NCBI GenBank assembly: GCA_018824205.1
Contig: JAHJGX010000253.1
Location: 126-64,125, forward strand
DNA length: 64,000 bases
Source of the DNA: a bacterium
Lineage (GTDB): Bacteria; Fidelibacterota; UBA2242
Reading direction: 5' to 3'
Positions 37,874 to 48,516 of this stretch are shown in pieces. The notes below the pieces were generated by a model. The model was not told where the DNA came from and made no database searches. It was given only the letters and a program-made list of their open reading frames with translations. Both the position numbers and the translations under genes were made by a program. Position 1 is the stretch's first letter, and each line of letters starts with the position of its first letter.

Positions 37874-38575
37874 ATGAAAAACAGCAATATAATTTTACTA
37901 ACAACCATTCTCACGATACTCGTTATCGTCACCGGCCTGATCGTCAGCAGCCGGATAATGATCACCAGGATTCCCGATCGGACAACGAAATATTCAGACG
38001 AGGACTTCACTTCGACAACACTGGATCTGGTCAATTTTGACGCCATTGAAACCAGTGGCATCTGGCAGGTCGAATTACAGCAGGGCAATGATTACTCCGT
38101 CACATTGTATTATCCGGAACCAGAAGCCGACGAAATCAATGTCTACATCTGGGATAATCAACTCCATCTGGAGAATGACATGAAATGGCAGCGTCAGCAC
38201 ACACTGTTCCGGGCAACGATTACGATGCCGGAGCTGAGCAGCCTTAGAACTGAAGAGGGCGCATCCATTACATTTAATAATTTTAATTGCACTGATCTCG
38301 ACATCAAAATTACCGGTGCCGCAGAAATCAACGCCCGAAATTCGAGAATTGAGAACCTTAAATTACGCTGTGACGGTGCCGCAGACGCCAATTTCAAGGA
38401 TTCCGAGGTGGTAAACGCCAAAGTTAATATTAATGGCGCCAGCCGGATTACTCTGACAATGGGCGGTGGTAAATTGACCGGAAGCGCCCATGGCGCTTCC
38501 TCTATCGTGTACTACGGAGAGGTTTCCACACAAGATATTGCCACAGCCGGCGCTGTTTCCATTCGCCGTCGCTGA
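37874..38575 (+). CDS. DUF2807 / GIN-domain protein
   Basis: FDAIETSG, repeated GAxxI beta-solenoid, GASSIVYYG. Confidence 0.85.
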   Translation: MKNSNIILLTTILTILVIVTGLIVSSRIMITRIPDRTTKYSDEDFTSTTLDLVNFDAIETSGIWQVELQQGNDYSVTLYYPEPEADEINVYIWDNQLHLENDMKWQRQHTLFRATITMPELSSLRTEEGASITFNNFNCTDLDIKITGAAEINARNSRIENLKLRCDGAADANFKDSEVVNAKVNINGASRITLTMGGGKLTGSAHGASSIVYYGEVSTQDIATAGAVSIRRR

Positions 38576-38731
38576 AAATATTGGCAAAAAATTATATTTT
38601 AAGCGCTCACAATTACCCTTAATAGTTGTGATTCCCGTCAGAAAGTTCAGTCAATTCGCTTGACATTGACGGGATTTTTCAATAACATTTTTGGCGTTTT
38701 TGATTGGATATAAAATATCAGTAAAATTATC

Positions 38732-39340
38732 ATGAAACTATTAATTTCATCAAATAATCGGGACAAGATAAAAGAAATTCGTTCCATATTTCAGCTGCCT
38801 AATGTCGAGCTGGTCACCCTGGAAAGTATTCCCAATGCACCCGAAGTTGTGGAAGATGGGAACACCCTGTATGAAAACGCATTAAAGAAGGCGTCTATGC
38901 TATACGAATTTTCAGGGTTGCCTACTATCTCCGATGACACCGGTCTCGAAGTTGATGCTTTGAATGGCCGGCCCGGTGTCTATTCGGCCCGGTTTGCCGG
39001 CGAGAACGCCACTTATGATGACAATGTGGAAAAAATGATCCGTGAAATGCAATCAGTGTCGATAAAAAACCGGACTGCCCGGTTCCGGACGGTGGCGGTT
39101 TTTTATCACCCGGACTTGTTGATTCACGAGGAAGGTGTGATCGAAGGAACTATTTTATCCGAAAAGCGCGGTATCGGCGGTTTTGGATACGATCCTATCT
39201 TTTACGTTCCCGGAAAGAAGAAAACCCTGGCCGAGCTGAGCCACGACGAAAAGAATGCCATCAGCCATCGGAGCCAGGCATTTTCACGTCTATATAAATC
39301 GCTGTTAAAGCAGCTCCCGTCAATAACCGATATTAACTGA
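38732..39340 (+). CDS. rdgB: Non-canonical purine NTP pyrophosphatase
   Basis: DDTGLEVDAL, PGVYSAR, GFGYDP, KNAISHR. Confidence 0.95.
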   Translation: MKLLISSNNRDKIKEIRSIFQLPNVELVTLESIPNAPEVVEDGNTLYENALKKASMLYEFSGLPTISDDTGLEVDALNGRPGVYSARFAGENATYDDNVEKMIREMQSVSIKNRTARFRTVAVFYHPDLLIHEEGVIEGTILSEKRGIGGFGYDPIFYVPGKKKTLAELSHDEKNAISHRSQAFSRLYKSLLKQLPSITDIN

Positions 39341-39405
39341 GGTGTCGTTAAACAAACTTGCTACGGCTTTCTTAAGTAATTGAACCTATATTAACATTTT
39401 TTGGA

Positions 39406-42400
39406 GTGACGACACTGTATCGTATCGGGAAATTTGCATATACACTGATTTTATCAGTTTTACTTTTTTCACAAGTATTTGCTCAGCAGGAAACTGCCGA
39501 GGCGAAGGGCGTAGCATTTCCCTTACAAGTGGACTGGCTTTCATACCGTTTCTCATCGATCAAAATTGATCCGCCGCATGGCTTATCCTTGCTGTCACCC
39601 TATGCAACCCAGTCTAACAAGACAGTCCTGAAAATTAACTATGCCTCCCGGTTAAAATTTGACACCCAGTTGGATTACACCGGCCGGAATCTCATTTTTA
39701 CAGAGGCGTATGACGAAATACCGGGACCAATTCCACGGGGAATCTCTCTGGAATCCTATTTTCAGACAAAGTCCAATTACTATTTGCGCAATGAGCTCCG
39801 GAGTCTTTGCAGTAAAGGATTTGCAGAAGAAAAATCCGCGGCCCGCTCCGAAAAACTGGAACTGATCGGCGCCGATATCGCCGGTCAGCGGGTTTCTCTG
39901 CGGGTTTCCGGAAACGTCAATATAAACGGTCGTCTGCAAAACCAACAGCAGTCCCAGGTCCGTACCGGTTATAACGCCGGTTCATCCACCACCTTTATCG
40001 TGGATCAGAAGCAGCAGCTGAACATTGAAGGCAAAATCGGTGACCGCATCAGCATTCTCGTCGATCAGGACAGTGAACGTGACTTCGATTTTGAAAACAA
40101 CCTGAAAATCATCTATACCGGACAAGAAGACGATATCGTTCAGAAAGTTGAAGCCGGTAACATTTCCCTCTCGCTGCCGGGAACCCAGTATGTGACATTT
40201 TCCGGAACGAACAATGGCCTGTTCGGTTTGAAGGCGCTCATGAAGCTGGGGGCCATCGACATAACCACCATCGCCAGTGTGGAAAAAGGGAAAAAAGAAA
40301 AACTGAGTGTTGATGGTGGCGCTCAGAAAACCAACAATTTTATCAGAGACTACAACTATCGTACAAACACCTATTTCTTTCTGGACCATGAATTCCGAAG
40401 CACACTTTATGATGGGTTTGAGGAAAATGGTGGGCGGTTTAATTTAACAAACCGAACTGTCGCAGATCTGGAGGTGTATAAATCGATAGTCACTGAAGTT
40501 GCCGGCAGTATGTACGGATACGCCTATGTGAACCCGAACAACCCAGACCAGGACACCTCCTATATTGAACAGCGTATATTTCAACGTTTAACCCTAGATC
40601 AGGATTACTCGGCTTCCCTGGACTTGGGATTCATTCGTCTGAACACACAGGTGCAGGATGACGAAATTATAGCCGTTGTGTATCGGATAAATGGTTCAGA
40701 TGAGAGCTATGGCGACTGGCAGGCAAAAGATACAAGTGATATTAAACTAAAGCTGATCAAGCCCAAACAGAACAGACCGAGCCATCCCTGTTGGGACCTG
40801 GAATTTAAAAACGTCTATTACCTCGGAACCACCGGTATCAACGATGTGGGTTTTGAGTTAAGCCTGGTCTATATCTACGGTGAAACCGGCGAAGTGGAAC
40901 GTGACCCGGTCGACGGCGAAACATTCCTACAAAAATTTGGCCTGGACACCAAGGACAAGTCCGGTAACCCCACGCCTGACAATGTCGTTGATCTGGATAA
41001 TCCGGCCATCATTAATCTGCAGTCCGGGGAGTTGTGGTTTCCCTATCTGCGCCCGTTTCAGTATGATTCCACTGATTCCAACACCGGTCAGAATCCGGAT
41101 TTAAATAACCTGTACAACTGCTCGGCCATGTACGACAGCAACCGCAATAATCAAACGGCGATTAACCAGGATTCGAAATTTAAAATTGTTTTTAAATATG
41201 AAAACCGCAGCTCCGTCATCAATCTCGGCGCGATGGTAATCGACGGCAGCGAATCGGTCACGCTGGGTAGTCAGACCCTGGTCCGGGGCATTGACTATAC
41301 CATCGATTATTTCACCGGTACTTTAACATTATTGAACCAAGACGCAATGAGTCCCGATGCCAAGCTCGATGTAAAATACGAGCGCAATCAGTTTTTTCAA
41401 CTGGATAAGAAAACCATATTGGGCGCCCGGGCCCAATATGACTTTGGCGATAATTCCTTCATCGGTGGTACGGCACTTTACTTCAGCCAATCGGTCGTCG
41501 ATGAGAAAGTGGATGTCGGCTATGAACCGATGCGGAACTTCGTCTGGGATATAAACGGCCGGGTTAACCAGGATCTGAATTTTCTGACACGGGCAGTAAA
41601 CTGGCTTCCATTAATCCAGACCGACAAAGCGTCTTTAATCACGATTGAGGGTGAAATCGCCCAGGTGCGCCCCAATCCGAACACACTCAGCAACGACGCT
41701 ACCGGTGATCCAAACGGGGTTGGTTTTATCGACGATTTCGAAGGCTCAAAACGAATTACATCACCACCAATTATGCAGCGTTACTGGGCCCCTTCTTCGG
41801 CCCCGCTCGGAAAAAGTGAAAACCAGCGCGGTTTCTTTTTCTGGTACAACCCCTACGGTGGTGTGTCGACCACAAACATCTGGCCCAATAAAGAGGTCAG
41901 TACCCAGGCCCAGAACAACCTCACCGAAATTATGGTGCTGGCGCTCGACCCGGATTGGTCAATTGCCGTCGCTGACGACATGTCGCCAAGAGAAGAGGCC
42001 TGGGGTGGCATCACCTATGCGTTTCCTACCAGCTATTACGACCAGTCCAAAACCAAATTCATGGAGATCTGGGTCTGGGGCCAGGCTGGCCGGATGCATG
42101 TGGACATGGGCTATATCAGCGAAGATTACATACCCAACAAGAAACTCAATACCGAGGACAAACCCGAGGCCGGCTTTACCCTTGGAAACGGTCTTCTGGA
42201 CGAGGATACCGAAGATACCGGTATCGACGGTGTATTTGATATCGACGAATATATTATCAATAGTTTCGACGAAACGATACCCTATGGTGATGATCGGCTG
42301 ACAAACTATAAACGCAGTCTTACAGATCCACACAGCGACAATTGGAAATGGACCGAAGGATCGTCCAATTATCGCCATATCAACGGTACTGAAAAAAGCG

Positions 42401-45400
42401 CTAAGGATGCCAGCGGCTATGTTCCCGACTCCGAAGATCTGAACCGCAATTATGTGGTCGATCTAACCAATGATTACTACACAATCGATTTTTCCCTGAA
42501 CGACTGGGTTGACGATGAATACGTCGCCGGCCGGACCCAACATGATAACGGCGATCCTACCGGCTGGAAATTATACCGCATTCCATTGAACGAATTTCAG
42601 AAAGCCGGCAGTGACGGCGATGTCAGCTGGCAAACCGTTGAGGCCTGCCGTATCTGGATCGACGGGGTCAGCGGCGAAGAATCCGTCATGATCGCCAAGA
42701 TTGAAATGGTTGGCAATGAATGGGAAGAGCTGGGAGTCGGAGATGGTGAGGATGGCGAATTTAAAAAAAACAACGAGGTGTTTAGCATCAGTGTGCTGAA
42801 TACCGAAGACAATTCCGACACATACGACGCTCCCGAGGGGGTCAGGGGTGAATATGACGCCGTGAATGAGATTCAGATGAAAGAGCAGTCCCTGGTCATG
42901 TGGTTCAACAGTAGTCAGGGACTCCGGCCGGGCGAGGTGGCGGCGGCCAAAAAAGTACTGCTCGAAGAGGCCAGTTTTATTACCTATAAAAAAATGAAAC
43001 TCTACATCAATGGTAATAACCTGCATTCCCGCACAAAAAACTATGATAAAGGAGAAAAGACACCATTGCAGTTCTTTGTCAAGTTTGGCGTCATTAACGA
43101 CGAAAATAACATCTATAACTACTATGAATACCGCCAGCCTATCTACCCTGGCTGGGATGAGAAAAATGATCTGGAAATCGATTTCGACTTTCTGACCAGC
43201 CTGAAAGGCTACGCCACAGAAAAAGAATTCGATGAAAATTACACAAATAATTCCGGGCTGAAACAGTACACCATCACTCACGATGGTAAGGGCGGCGTAC
43301 TGAAGCGACACTGGAAAGAGGTCAAAAACGGAAATTATACGGGTAAGGAAATCCTGATTATTGGAAGCCCTACTATTTCAAAAGTCAAACGGATTGACAT
43401 GGGTATTATCAACCAGAAATACGCTCTGGACGATTTCAACCAGTCAGCTCCGCTGCCCCGTTATGACAATACGATGTATGGCGAAATCTGGTTGGACGAA
43501 CTCCGCCTGTCCGACGTGCGTCGCGACGCCGGGATTGCCTACCGTGGCTCTGTATCATTGACAGTGGCGGATCTGGCAAAGCTGAATGTTGGTATTGACA
43601 AAAAAGACGCGGATTTTCATACCGTTGAGCAACGTCCCAATCTGCAAACAACCGGACTAAATAACACCCAAAACCTGTCCGTCCGGGGAAGTGTCAACCT
43701 GGACAAATTAACACCCGTCAAATGGGGTTTAAGCCTGCCGGTATCCGGTTCTTATTCAAACCAGTACAGTGCTCCGAAATTTCTACCCAACTCCGATATT
43801 CTGGCGGGAGACAGTCCCCCGGACAGCGTTCTGAGTCTGTCGGAATCCTATGGGGTCAACATCTCTTACGGCAAGCGCAGTTCCGATTTCTGGCTGACAA
43901 AATACACCATTGACCAGATCAAGGTATCGGCCAACGCCCAGTGGTCAAATAGATCCACAGTAACTATCCGAAAGAACGAGTCCGAATCCTACAAGGGCAG
44001 CATTTCCTATAAGGTCCCTTTTGGCCGGAACAATTTTTTTCAACCCTTTAAATGGATTCAAAAGGTACCTTACCTGGGCGACCGCCTGGGCGAGCTGCGC
44101 TGGTACTACACACCCAGCAACCTGGATTTTTCAATGGACGCCGCGGAAAGTAAATCAATAAATATTCCCCGTATAGGCGGTATAGATAAAATAACCGAAC
44201 CTTATGATTTCGGCATGAATCGTTCAATCACCGGCGGTTATAAAGTGTTTGATAATCTCAACCTGAATTATTCACGAAAAACAAAAAGCACTCTCGTTGA
44301 CTTTCGGGACGATAAGCTCAAAGCGATCCAGGAACTCAATCCCGGCACACCGATCAATATCAATGAAAGCTACTCGGCATCCTTTTCTCCCAAAATATTT
44401 GACTGGTTTACACCCAGTTTGAGCTACAACGCCAATTACACCTGGAGCGAACCGGCAAACAGCAACACAAAAAGTATCGATCAACTCAGTAATCAGAATC
44501 GGATTTCCAGTTCCTTCAGTCTCAGTCCGGCCGCCATTATGAAAACCTTTTATACGCCCAAATCGACATCAAAAACATCCCGTAAGTCCCCCGGTGATAC
44601 AAGCACACCCACGGGCCGTAGCGGCCGTAATGCCAAACCGGACGCTGCTCCGGAACCAGCCGAAGAGAACGCCAAAGAAGCCAAAAAGGAGATACAACTT
44701 CTGGAATATTTATATAAAGCTTTAGACCGCATACAGCCACTCCAGGTCAGTTACTCCACCAGCCGAAGCAACAATAATAAAGGCCGGATTGGTGAACCCG
44801 ACCTCCTTTACCGGATGGGACTCAGTTCCGATCCGGGCCTGGATACGATTGCTACAGAAGCCGGGGCTTATCCTGATAATGTCTCTATTAATTCCGACGC
44901 CAGCCTGCGCAGCGGAATTAAACTATCCAACAGTATTAATACCACGTTTTCTTACGGCCAGAATATGTCCTGGTCTGAGTCACAAGGCAGTAAAAACCGC
45001 AATCTGACCCGTGACTATATCACATTTGACAACTCCGGTAAGGACGGTATTCCTTTTCCGAGTTGGACTCTGAATATATCACAGATTGAAAAAATCGCTT
45101 TTCTGGCCAAGGTCTTTAAAAAATTGTCCCTGGACCATGGATTCTCAGGCAAAGAATCGATTGTCTATCGCAACGGGAATGTCGAAAGTTCAACCTATAA
45201 GCTGTATTTTCAACCCCTGTTTGGTCTATCGATGCAGTTTAAAAACAACATCAGTTCCACGGTCCGTATGACTATGGGGCAAACAATCACCAACCGGCCA
45301 AACGGCGGCGCTAATATCGTCAGCGATCAAAGCATCAACGCTTCCATGAATTATCAGAAAAAGGGCGGGTTCACCATACCCTTGCCCTTCCTGCGAAATA

Positions 45401-45663
45401 AGCGGCTGGAAAACAATATCAATTTTACGATGGCCTTTGACTACAGCACGTCTCTTTCAAAAGGTAAGAATTCGGCGGAAGAGAAATTTGCCACCCAGAA
45501 TGAAAACCGAACCTGGAAAATCGAACCGCGCATCAGCTATTCCTTTACCCAGAAAGTCACCGGCGGCCTTTTCTACTCGTACGGCGAAAGTTTTAACGCC
45601 AGGACCGGTAAACGCATCACCCGCAACGGCGGTTTTGACGTCAACATCGCCATCAGGGGTTAA
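39406..45663 (+). CDS. sprA: T9SS translocon SprA
   Basis: 2085 aa; FDFENNLK, VEAGNISL, LFGLK, YIDDFEG-like, GYISED, WKLYRIPL, IWLDELRL. Confidence 0.88.
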   Translation: MTTLYRIGKFAYTLILSVLLFSQVFAQQETAEAKGVAFPLQVDWLSYRFSSIKIDPPHGLSLLSPYATQSNKTVLKINYASRLKFDTQLDYTGRNLIFTEAYDEIPGPIPRGISLESYFQTKSNYYLRNELRSLCSKGFAEEKSAARSEKLELIGADIAGQRVSLRVSGNVNINGRLQNQQQSQVRTGYNAGSSTTFIVDQKQQLNIEGKIGDRISILVDQDSERDFDFENNLKIIYTGQEDDIVQKVEAGNISLSLPGTQYVTFSGTNNGLFGLKALMKLGAIDITTIASVEKGKKEKLSVDGGAQKTNNFIRDYNYRTNTYFFLDHEFRSTLYDGFEENGGRFNLTNRTVADLEVYKSIVTEVAGSMYGYAYVNPNNPDQDTSYIEQRIFQRLTLDQDYSASLDLGFIRLNTQVQDDEIIAVVYRINGSDESYGDWQAKDTSDIKLKLIKPKQNRPSHPCWDLEFKNVYYLGTTGINDVGFELSLVYIYGETGEVERDPVDGETFLQKFGLDTKDKSGNPTPDNVVDLDNPAIINLQSGELWFPYLRPFQYDSTDSNTGQNPDLNNLYNCSAMYDSNRNNQTAINQDSKFKIVFKYENRSSVINLGAMVIDGSESVTLGSQTLVRGIDYTIDYFTGTLTLLNQDAMSPDAKLDVKYERNQFFQLDKKTILGARAQYDFGDNSFIGGTALYFSQSVVDEKVDVGYEPMRNFVWDINGRVNQDLNFLTRAVNWLPLIQTDKASLITIEGEIAQVRPNPNTLSNDATGDPNGVGFIDDFEGSKRITSPPIMQRYWAPSSAPLGKSENQRGFFFWYNPYGGVSTTNIWPNKEVSTQAQNNLTEIMVLALDPDWSIAVADDMSPREEAWGGITYAFPTSYYDQSKTKFMEIWVWGQAGRMHVDMGYISEDYIPNKKLNTEDKPEAGFTLGNGLLDEDTEDTGIDGVFDIDEYIINSFDETIPYGDDRLTNYKRSLTDPHSDNWKWTEGSSNYRHINGTEKSAKDASGYVPDSEDLNRNYVVDLTNDYYTIDFSLNDWVDDEYVAGRTQHDNGDPTGWKLYRIPLNEFQKAGSDGDVSWQTVEACRIWIDGVSGEESVMIAKIEMVGNEWEELGVGDGEDGEFKKNNEVFSISVLNTEDNSDTYDAPEGVRGEYDAVNEIQMKEQSLVMWFNSSQGLRPGEVAAAKKVLLEEASFITYKKMKLYINGNNLHSRTKNYDKGEKTPLQFFVKFGVINDENNIYNYYEYRQPIYPGWDEKNDLEIDFDFLTSLKGYATEKEFDENYTNNSGLKQYTITHDGKGGVLKRHWKEVKNGNYTGKEILIIGSPTISKVKRIDMGIINQKYALDDFNQSAPLPRYDNTMYGEIWLDELRLSDVRRDAGIAYRGSVSLTVADLAKLNVGIDKKDADFHTVEQRPNLQTTGLNNTQNLSVRGSVNLDKLTPVKWGLSLPVSGSYSNQYSAPKFLPNSDILAGDSPPDSVLSLSESYGVNISYGKRSSDFWLTKYTIDQIKVSANAQWSNRSTVTIRKNESESYKGSISYKVPFGRNNFFQPFKWIQKVPYLGDRLGELRWYYTPSNLDFSMDAAESKSINIPRIGGIDKITEPYDFGMNRSITGGYKVFDNLNLNYSRKTKSTLVDFRDDKLKAIQELNPGTPININESYSASFSPKIFDWFTPSLSYNANYTWSEPANSNTKSIDQLSNQNRISSSFSLSPAAIMKTFYTPKSTSKTSRKSPGDTSTPTGRSGRNAKPDAAPEPAEENAKEAKKEIQLLEYLYKALDRIQPLQVSYSTSRSNNNKGRIGEPDLLYRMGLSSDPGLDTIATEAGAYPDNVSINSDASLRSGIKLSNSINTTFSYGQNMSWSESQGSKNRNLTRDYITFDNSGKDGIPFPSWTLNISQIEKIAFLAKVFKKLSLDHGFSGKESIVYRNGNVESSTYKLYFQPLFGLSMQFKNNISSTVRMTMGQTITNRPNGGANIVSDQSINASMNYQKKGGFTIPLPFLRNKRLENNINFTMAFDYSTSLSKGKNSAEEKFATQNENRTWKIEPRISYSFTQKVTGGLFYSYGESFNARTGKRITRNGGFDVNIAIRG

Positions 45664-45664
45664 T

Positions 45665-46585
45665 ATGCGAAAAATACTTACCATATCAGTTTTATTAATT
45701 TCTATCGCCTGTAGCCGACAGAAAACAGCTTTTAACGGAGAAAAAGCATTTACCTATCTTCAGGAACAGTGCAATATCGGGTACCGGCATCCCGGTTCAC
45801 CGGGACATCGGAAAGCGTTGGAATATTACCGGAATTTCTTTGCTGAATTGGCCGACACCCTCGTTCTCCAGACATTTGTTCAGGAAATTCCTGATGATAA
45901 CGTCTTTTTCACACTGACAAATGTAATCGCCGGTTTCAATCCCGGCGGAGAGAATCCGCTGCTTATCGGGGCCCATTGGGACACCCGCCCACGCGCCGAT
46001 CACGACCCGGATCCTAGTAAACGCTCCAGTCCGATTCTGGGAGCCAACGACGGCGCCAGCGGCGTTGCCGTGCTCATGCATCTGGGAGAACTGCTCAGGA
46101 AGAAGCAGCCCGATCGGGCAATCTACCTGGTCCTGTTTGACGGTGAGGATTATGGTTATTCCGGTTCCCTGGACTACTACTGTATGGGATCGGAATACTT
46201 CGCGAAAAACCTGCCCATTCCAAAACCAAGCGAAGCGATTATTGTTGACATGATTGGCGACAAGGAACTGAGTATTCCCATCGAACGACAATCGTATAAA
46301 AGTCATCCCGAACTGGTGAAAACACTTTGGGGGCTGGCAAAGAAACGGGGCTATTCCGAATTTCAGCATAAATTCGGCGGCTATATTCATGACGATCATG
46401 TAATGCTGATTGAACATGCCGGAATTCCGTCGGTCGATCTGATTGATTTCGAATACCCGAACAGGTATCAGAATTTCTGGCACACCAGCATGGACACGCC
46501 GGATAAATGCAGTCCGCATAGTCTTGAAGTCGTTGGACAGGTGCTTTACGATTATATTTACCCAACTGGGGATACTGCAGAGTGA
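45665..46585 (+). CDS. M28 family lipoprotein, probable glutaminyl cyclase
   Basis: Lipobox SIAC; GAHWDTRP, GANDGASG, FDGED, DMIGD, DDH, WHTxxD. Confidence 0.8.
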   Translation: MRKILTISVLLISIACSRQKTAFNGEKAFTYLQEQCNIGYRHPGSPGHRKALEYYRNFFAELADTLVLQTFVQEIPDDNVFFTLTNVIAGFNPGGENPLLIGAHWDTRPRADHDPDPSKRSSPILGANDGASGVAVLMHLGELLRKKQPDRAIYLVLFDGEDYGYSGSLDYYCMGSEYFAKNLPIPKPSEAIIVDMIGDKELSIPIERQSYKSHPELVKTLWGLAKKRGYSEFQHKFGGYIHDDHVMLIEHAGIPSVDLIDFEYPNRYQNFWHTSMDTPDKCSPHSLEVVGQVLYDYIYPTGDTAE

Positions 46586-46589
46586 AAAA

Positions 46590-47420
46590 ATGAATAAACA
46601 GTGGTTGCGATATGAATTTCCAAAAGGAGACTACGATCATGAGATTTTAGTGGCGCTGCTCTCCGACATTCCCTGTCTTGGACTTATAGAAAAAGACAGT
46701 ACGATCGACGCTTACTTCAATACCGACGAAGAAAATGACATGGATCAACAGATTCAGGCAATACTGCAGTTGTTTCCGGGCTCAAAAATCAAAACCGTCA
46801 AAACTTTTATACAAAATGAAGACTGGCACCTCAACTGGCAGGATTACTTTAAACCGATCCGGATCAGTCCGAATATTGCAATCTATCCTCACTGGGAAAC
46901 ATATCACGGCCCGGAGCCGATACAGATCGCCATCATTCCAGGAATGGCTTTCGGCACCGGGACACACGCCACGACCCAGATGGCCCTGAAATTACTAGAA
47001 AAAACAATCCGGCCGGGCATGACCATTCTGGATGCCGGTTGCGGCGGCGGAATACTGACTATCGCGGCGCTTAAACTGGGGGCCGGTTTCGTTGACGCCT
47101 GGGATATTGACCCGGACATTGAAGACAATTTTCTGGAACAGATGGAACTTAACGGCATTCGGGACCGTTTTAAACTCACCATTGGAGATGTCACGCAGCA
47201 CACCGATTACAATTTTGATCTTGTTCTCAGTAACATTGAAAGGAAGCCCAACCTGGCACTTTTACATAATATAGATAAGCACGGAAAAGTGCCCCCATGT
47301 ATTTTTACCGGCATTCTGAAAGATGAATATGCCATATTTAAGGCGAATGTGCTAAATTACGGTTTGGTTTTTAAGGATGAGATGTTTCAGGACGAATGGG
47401 CGGCACTGGCAACGGAGTAA
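46590..47420 (+). CDS. prmA: Ribosomal protein L11 methyltransferase
   Basis: EDWxxxW, PGMAFGTGTHATT, LDAGCGGGIL. Confidence 0.92.
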   Translation: MNKQWLRYEFPKGDYDHEILVALLSDIPCLGLIEKDSTIDAYFNTDEENDMDQQIQAILQLFPGSKIKTVKTFIQNEDWHLNWQDYFKPIRISPNIAIYPHWETYHGPEPIQIAIIPGMAFGTGTHATTQMALKLLEKTIRPGMTILDAGCGGGILTIAALKLGAGFVDAWDIDPDIEDNFLEQMELNGIRDRFKLTIGDVTQHTDYNFDLVLSNIERKPNLALLHNIDKHGKVPPCIFTGILKDEYAIFKANVLNYGLVFKDEMFQDEWAALATE

Positions 47421-47421
47421 C

Positions 47422-48516
47422 ATGAACAGACACGTTTTTATCATAATGATCATACTGCTGGCGCTGGCGGCCTGTATCAATACCACCCAGCAGGAGTCTG
47501 CAACAGACCCTGTTATTGAATCGGTAACGCTCAATTATTCCCAGGCAAATAAATCCCTGTTTATCTCTGCCGAGGTTATTGATCCGCAGGGACGTGATAA
47601 CATCGCCTCGGTGGCTTTTCGTCTCTATCACAAAGATTTACTAAACGTTGCCGAAGAATCCCTTTTTCCGGATACTGTTCTGTCCAATAGTGGACCGCCG
47701 TTAGACATAATTCAGGAGGATAATTTCTTTTCCTATTTACTCGATTCGACCACATTTGTAGGCAACGAAGATTCGTTTTGGGTCAGGGTCACCGTTCAGG
47801 CTTTTGATAAAGACGGAAACAGTAGCGAAATAGAAGAACGAGAAGATGAGTTCAAACCCAACAGCCGACCGGAACTTTTTCTATTTGATTCACCAAGTAA
47901 TTATGAAAAAGGTGATACGGTCATTTTTAAGGTACGCGCTACAGATCCTCAGGGTGTAAGCGATATTAGTTCTGTTTATTTTAGTGTTCTCCAACCAAAT
48001 GGTAATTATAAAGGTGATTGGGAATTAGTCGATAACGGATTGCCTTTTAATGCAAATCTATGGATAGAGCAATATTTTGGTGATGAAATTGCTCACGATG
48101 GTATTTATACTAACACGATCATTATCAATAAAGATAATGAACTGCAAGGTAAATATACCTTTTATTTTATGGCTCGGGATATTCATGGTAGTCAAAGTGA
48201 CACAACAGAAAAAATCATTACCGTTCCCGGTGTTCACCTCCTGTCACCAAATTGGGCAGACACATTACGACCGTATCAGACATATACAATAACCTGGGAA
48301 AGCGCCTATGTCAATAAAGTAACTATCCAATACACTACCAATGCTAATTCATCGCCTCCCAATTATCAAACCATTACAACAGAGTTTGCGGTAACGGGCT
48401 CCTATGATTGGGAAATTCCCTATGAAAATTCCGCAAACTGTAAAATTCAAATCTTTGATGCCGACAGTACCTTTCGCTATGACACCAGCGATAACAGTTT
48501 TACCATTAAACCATGA
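47422..48516 (+). CDS. Lipoprotein with Ig-like / choice-of-anchor X-like domains
   Basis: LAAC lipobox; DPQG repeats; LVDNG...GDEIAHDGIYT. Confidence 0.65.
   Translation: MNRHVFIIMIILLALAACINTTQQESATDPVIESVTLNYSQANKSLFISAEVIDPQGRDNIASVAFRLYHKDLLNVAEESLFPDTVLSNSGPPLDIIQEDNFFSYLLDSTTFVGNEDSFWVRVTVQAFDKDGNSSEIEEREDEFKPNSRPELFLFDSPSNYEKGDTVIFKVRATDPQGVSDISSVYFSVLQPNGNYKGDWELVDNGLPFNANLWIEQYFGDEIAHDGIYTNTIIINKDNELQGKYTFYFMARDIHGSQSDTTEKIITVPGVHLLSPNWADTLRPYQTYTITWESAYVNKVTIQYTTNANSSPPNYQTITTEFAVTGSYDWEIPYENSANCKIQIFDADSTFRYDTSDNSFTIKP

Noticed and set aside
38631-38676. Inverted repeat (TCCCGTCA...TGACGGGA) around the rdgB -35 box as an ncRNA
   Set aside because: Short stem with a long loop; cannot be distinguished from a chance or terminator-like feature.
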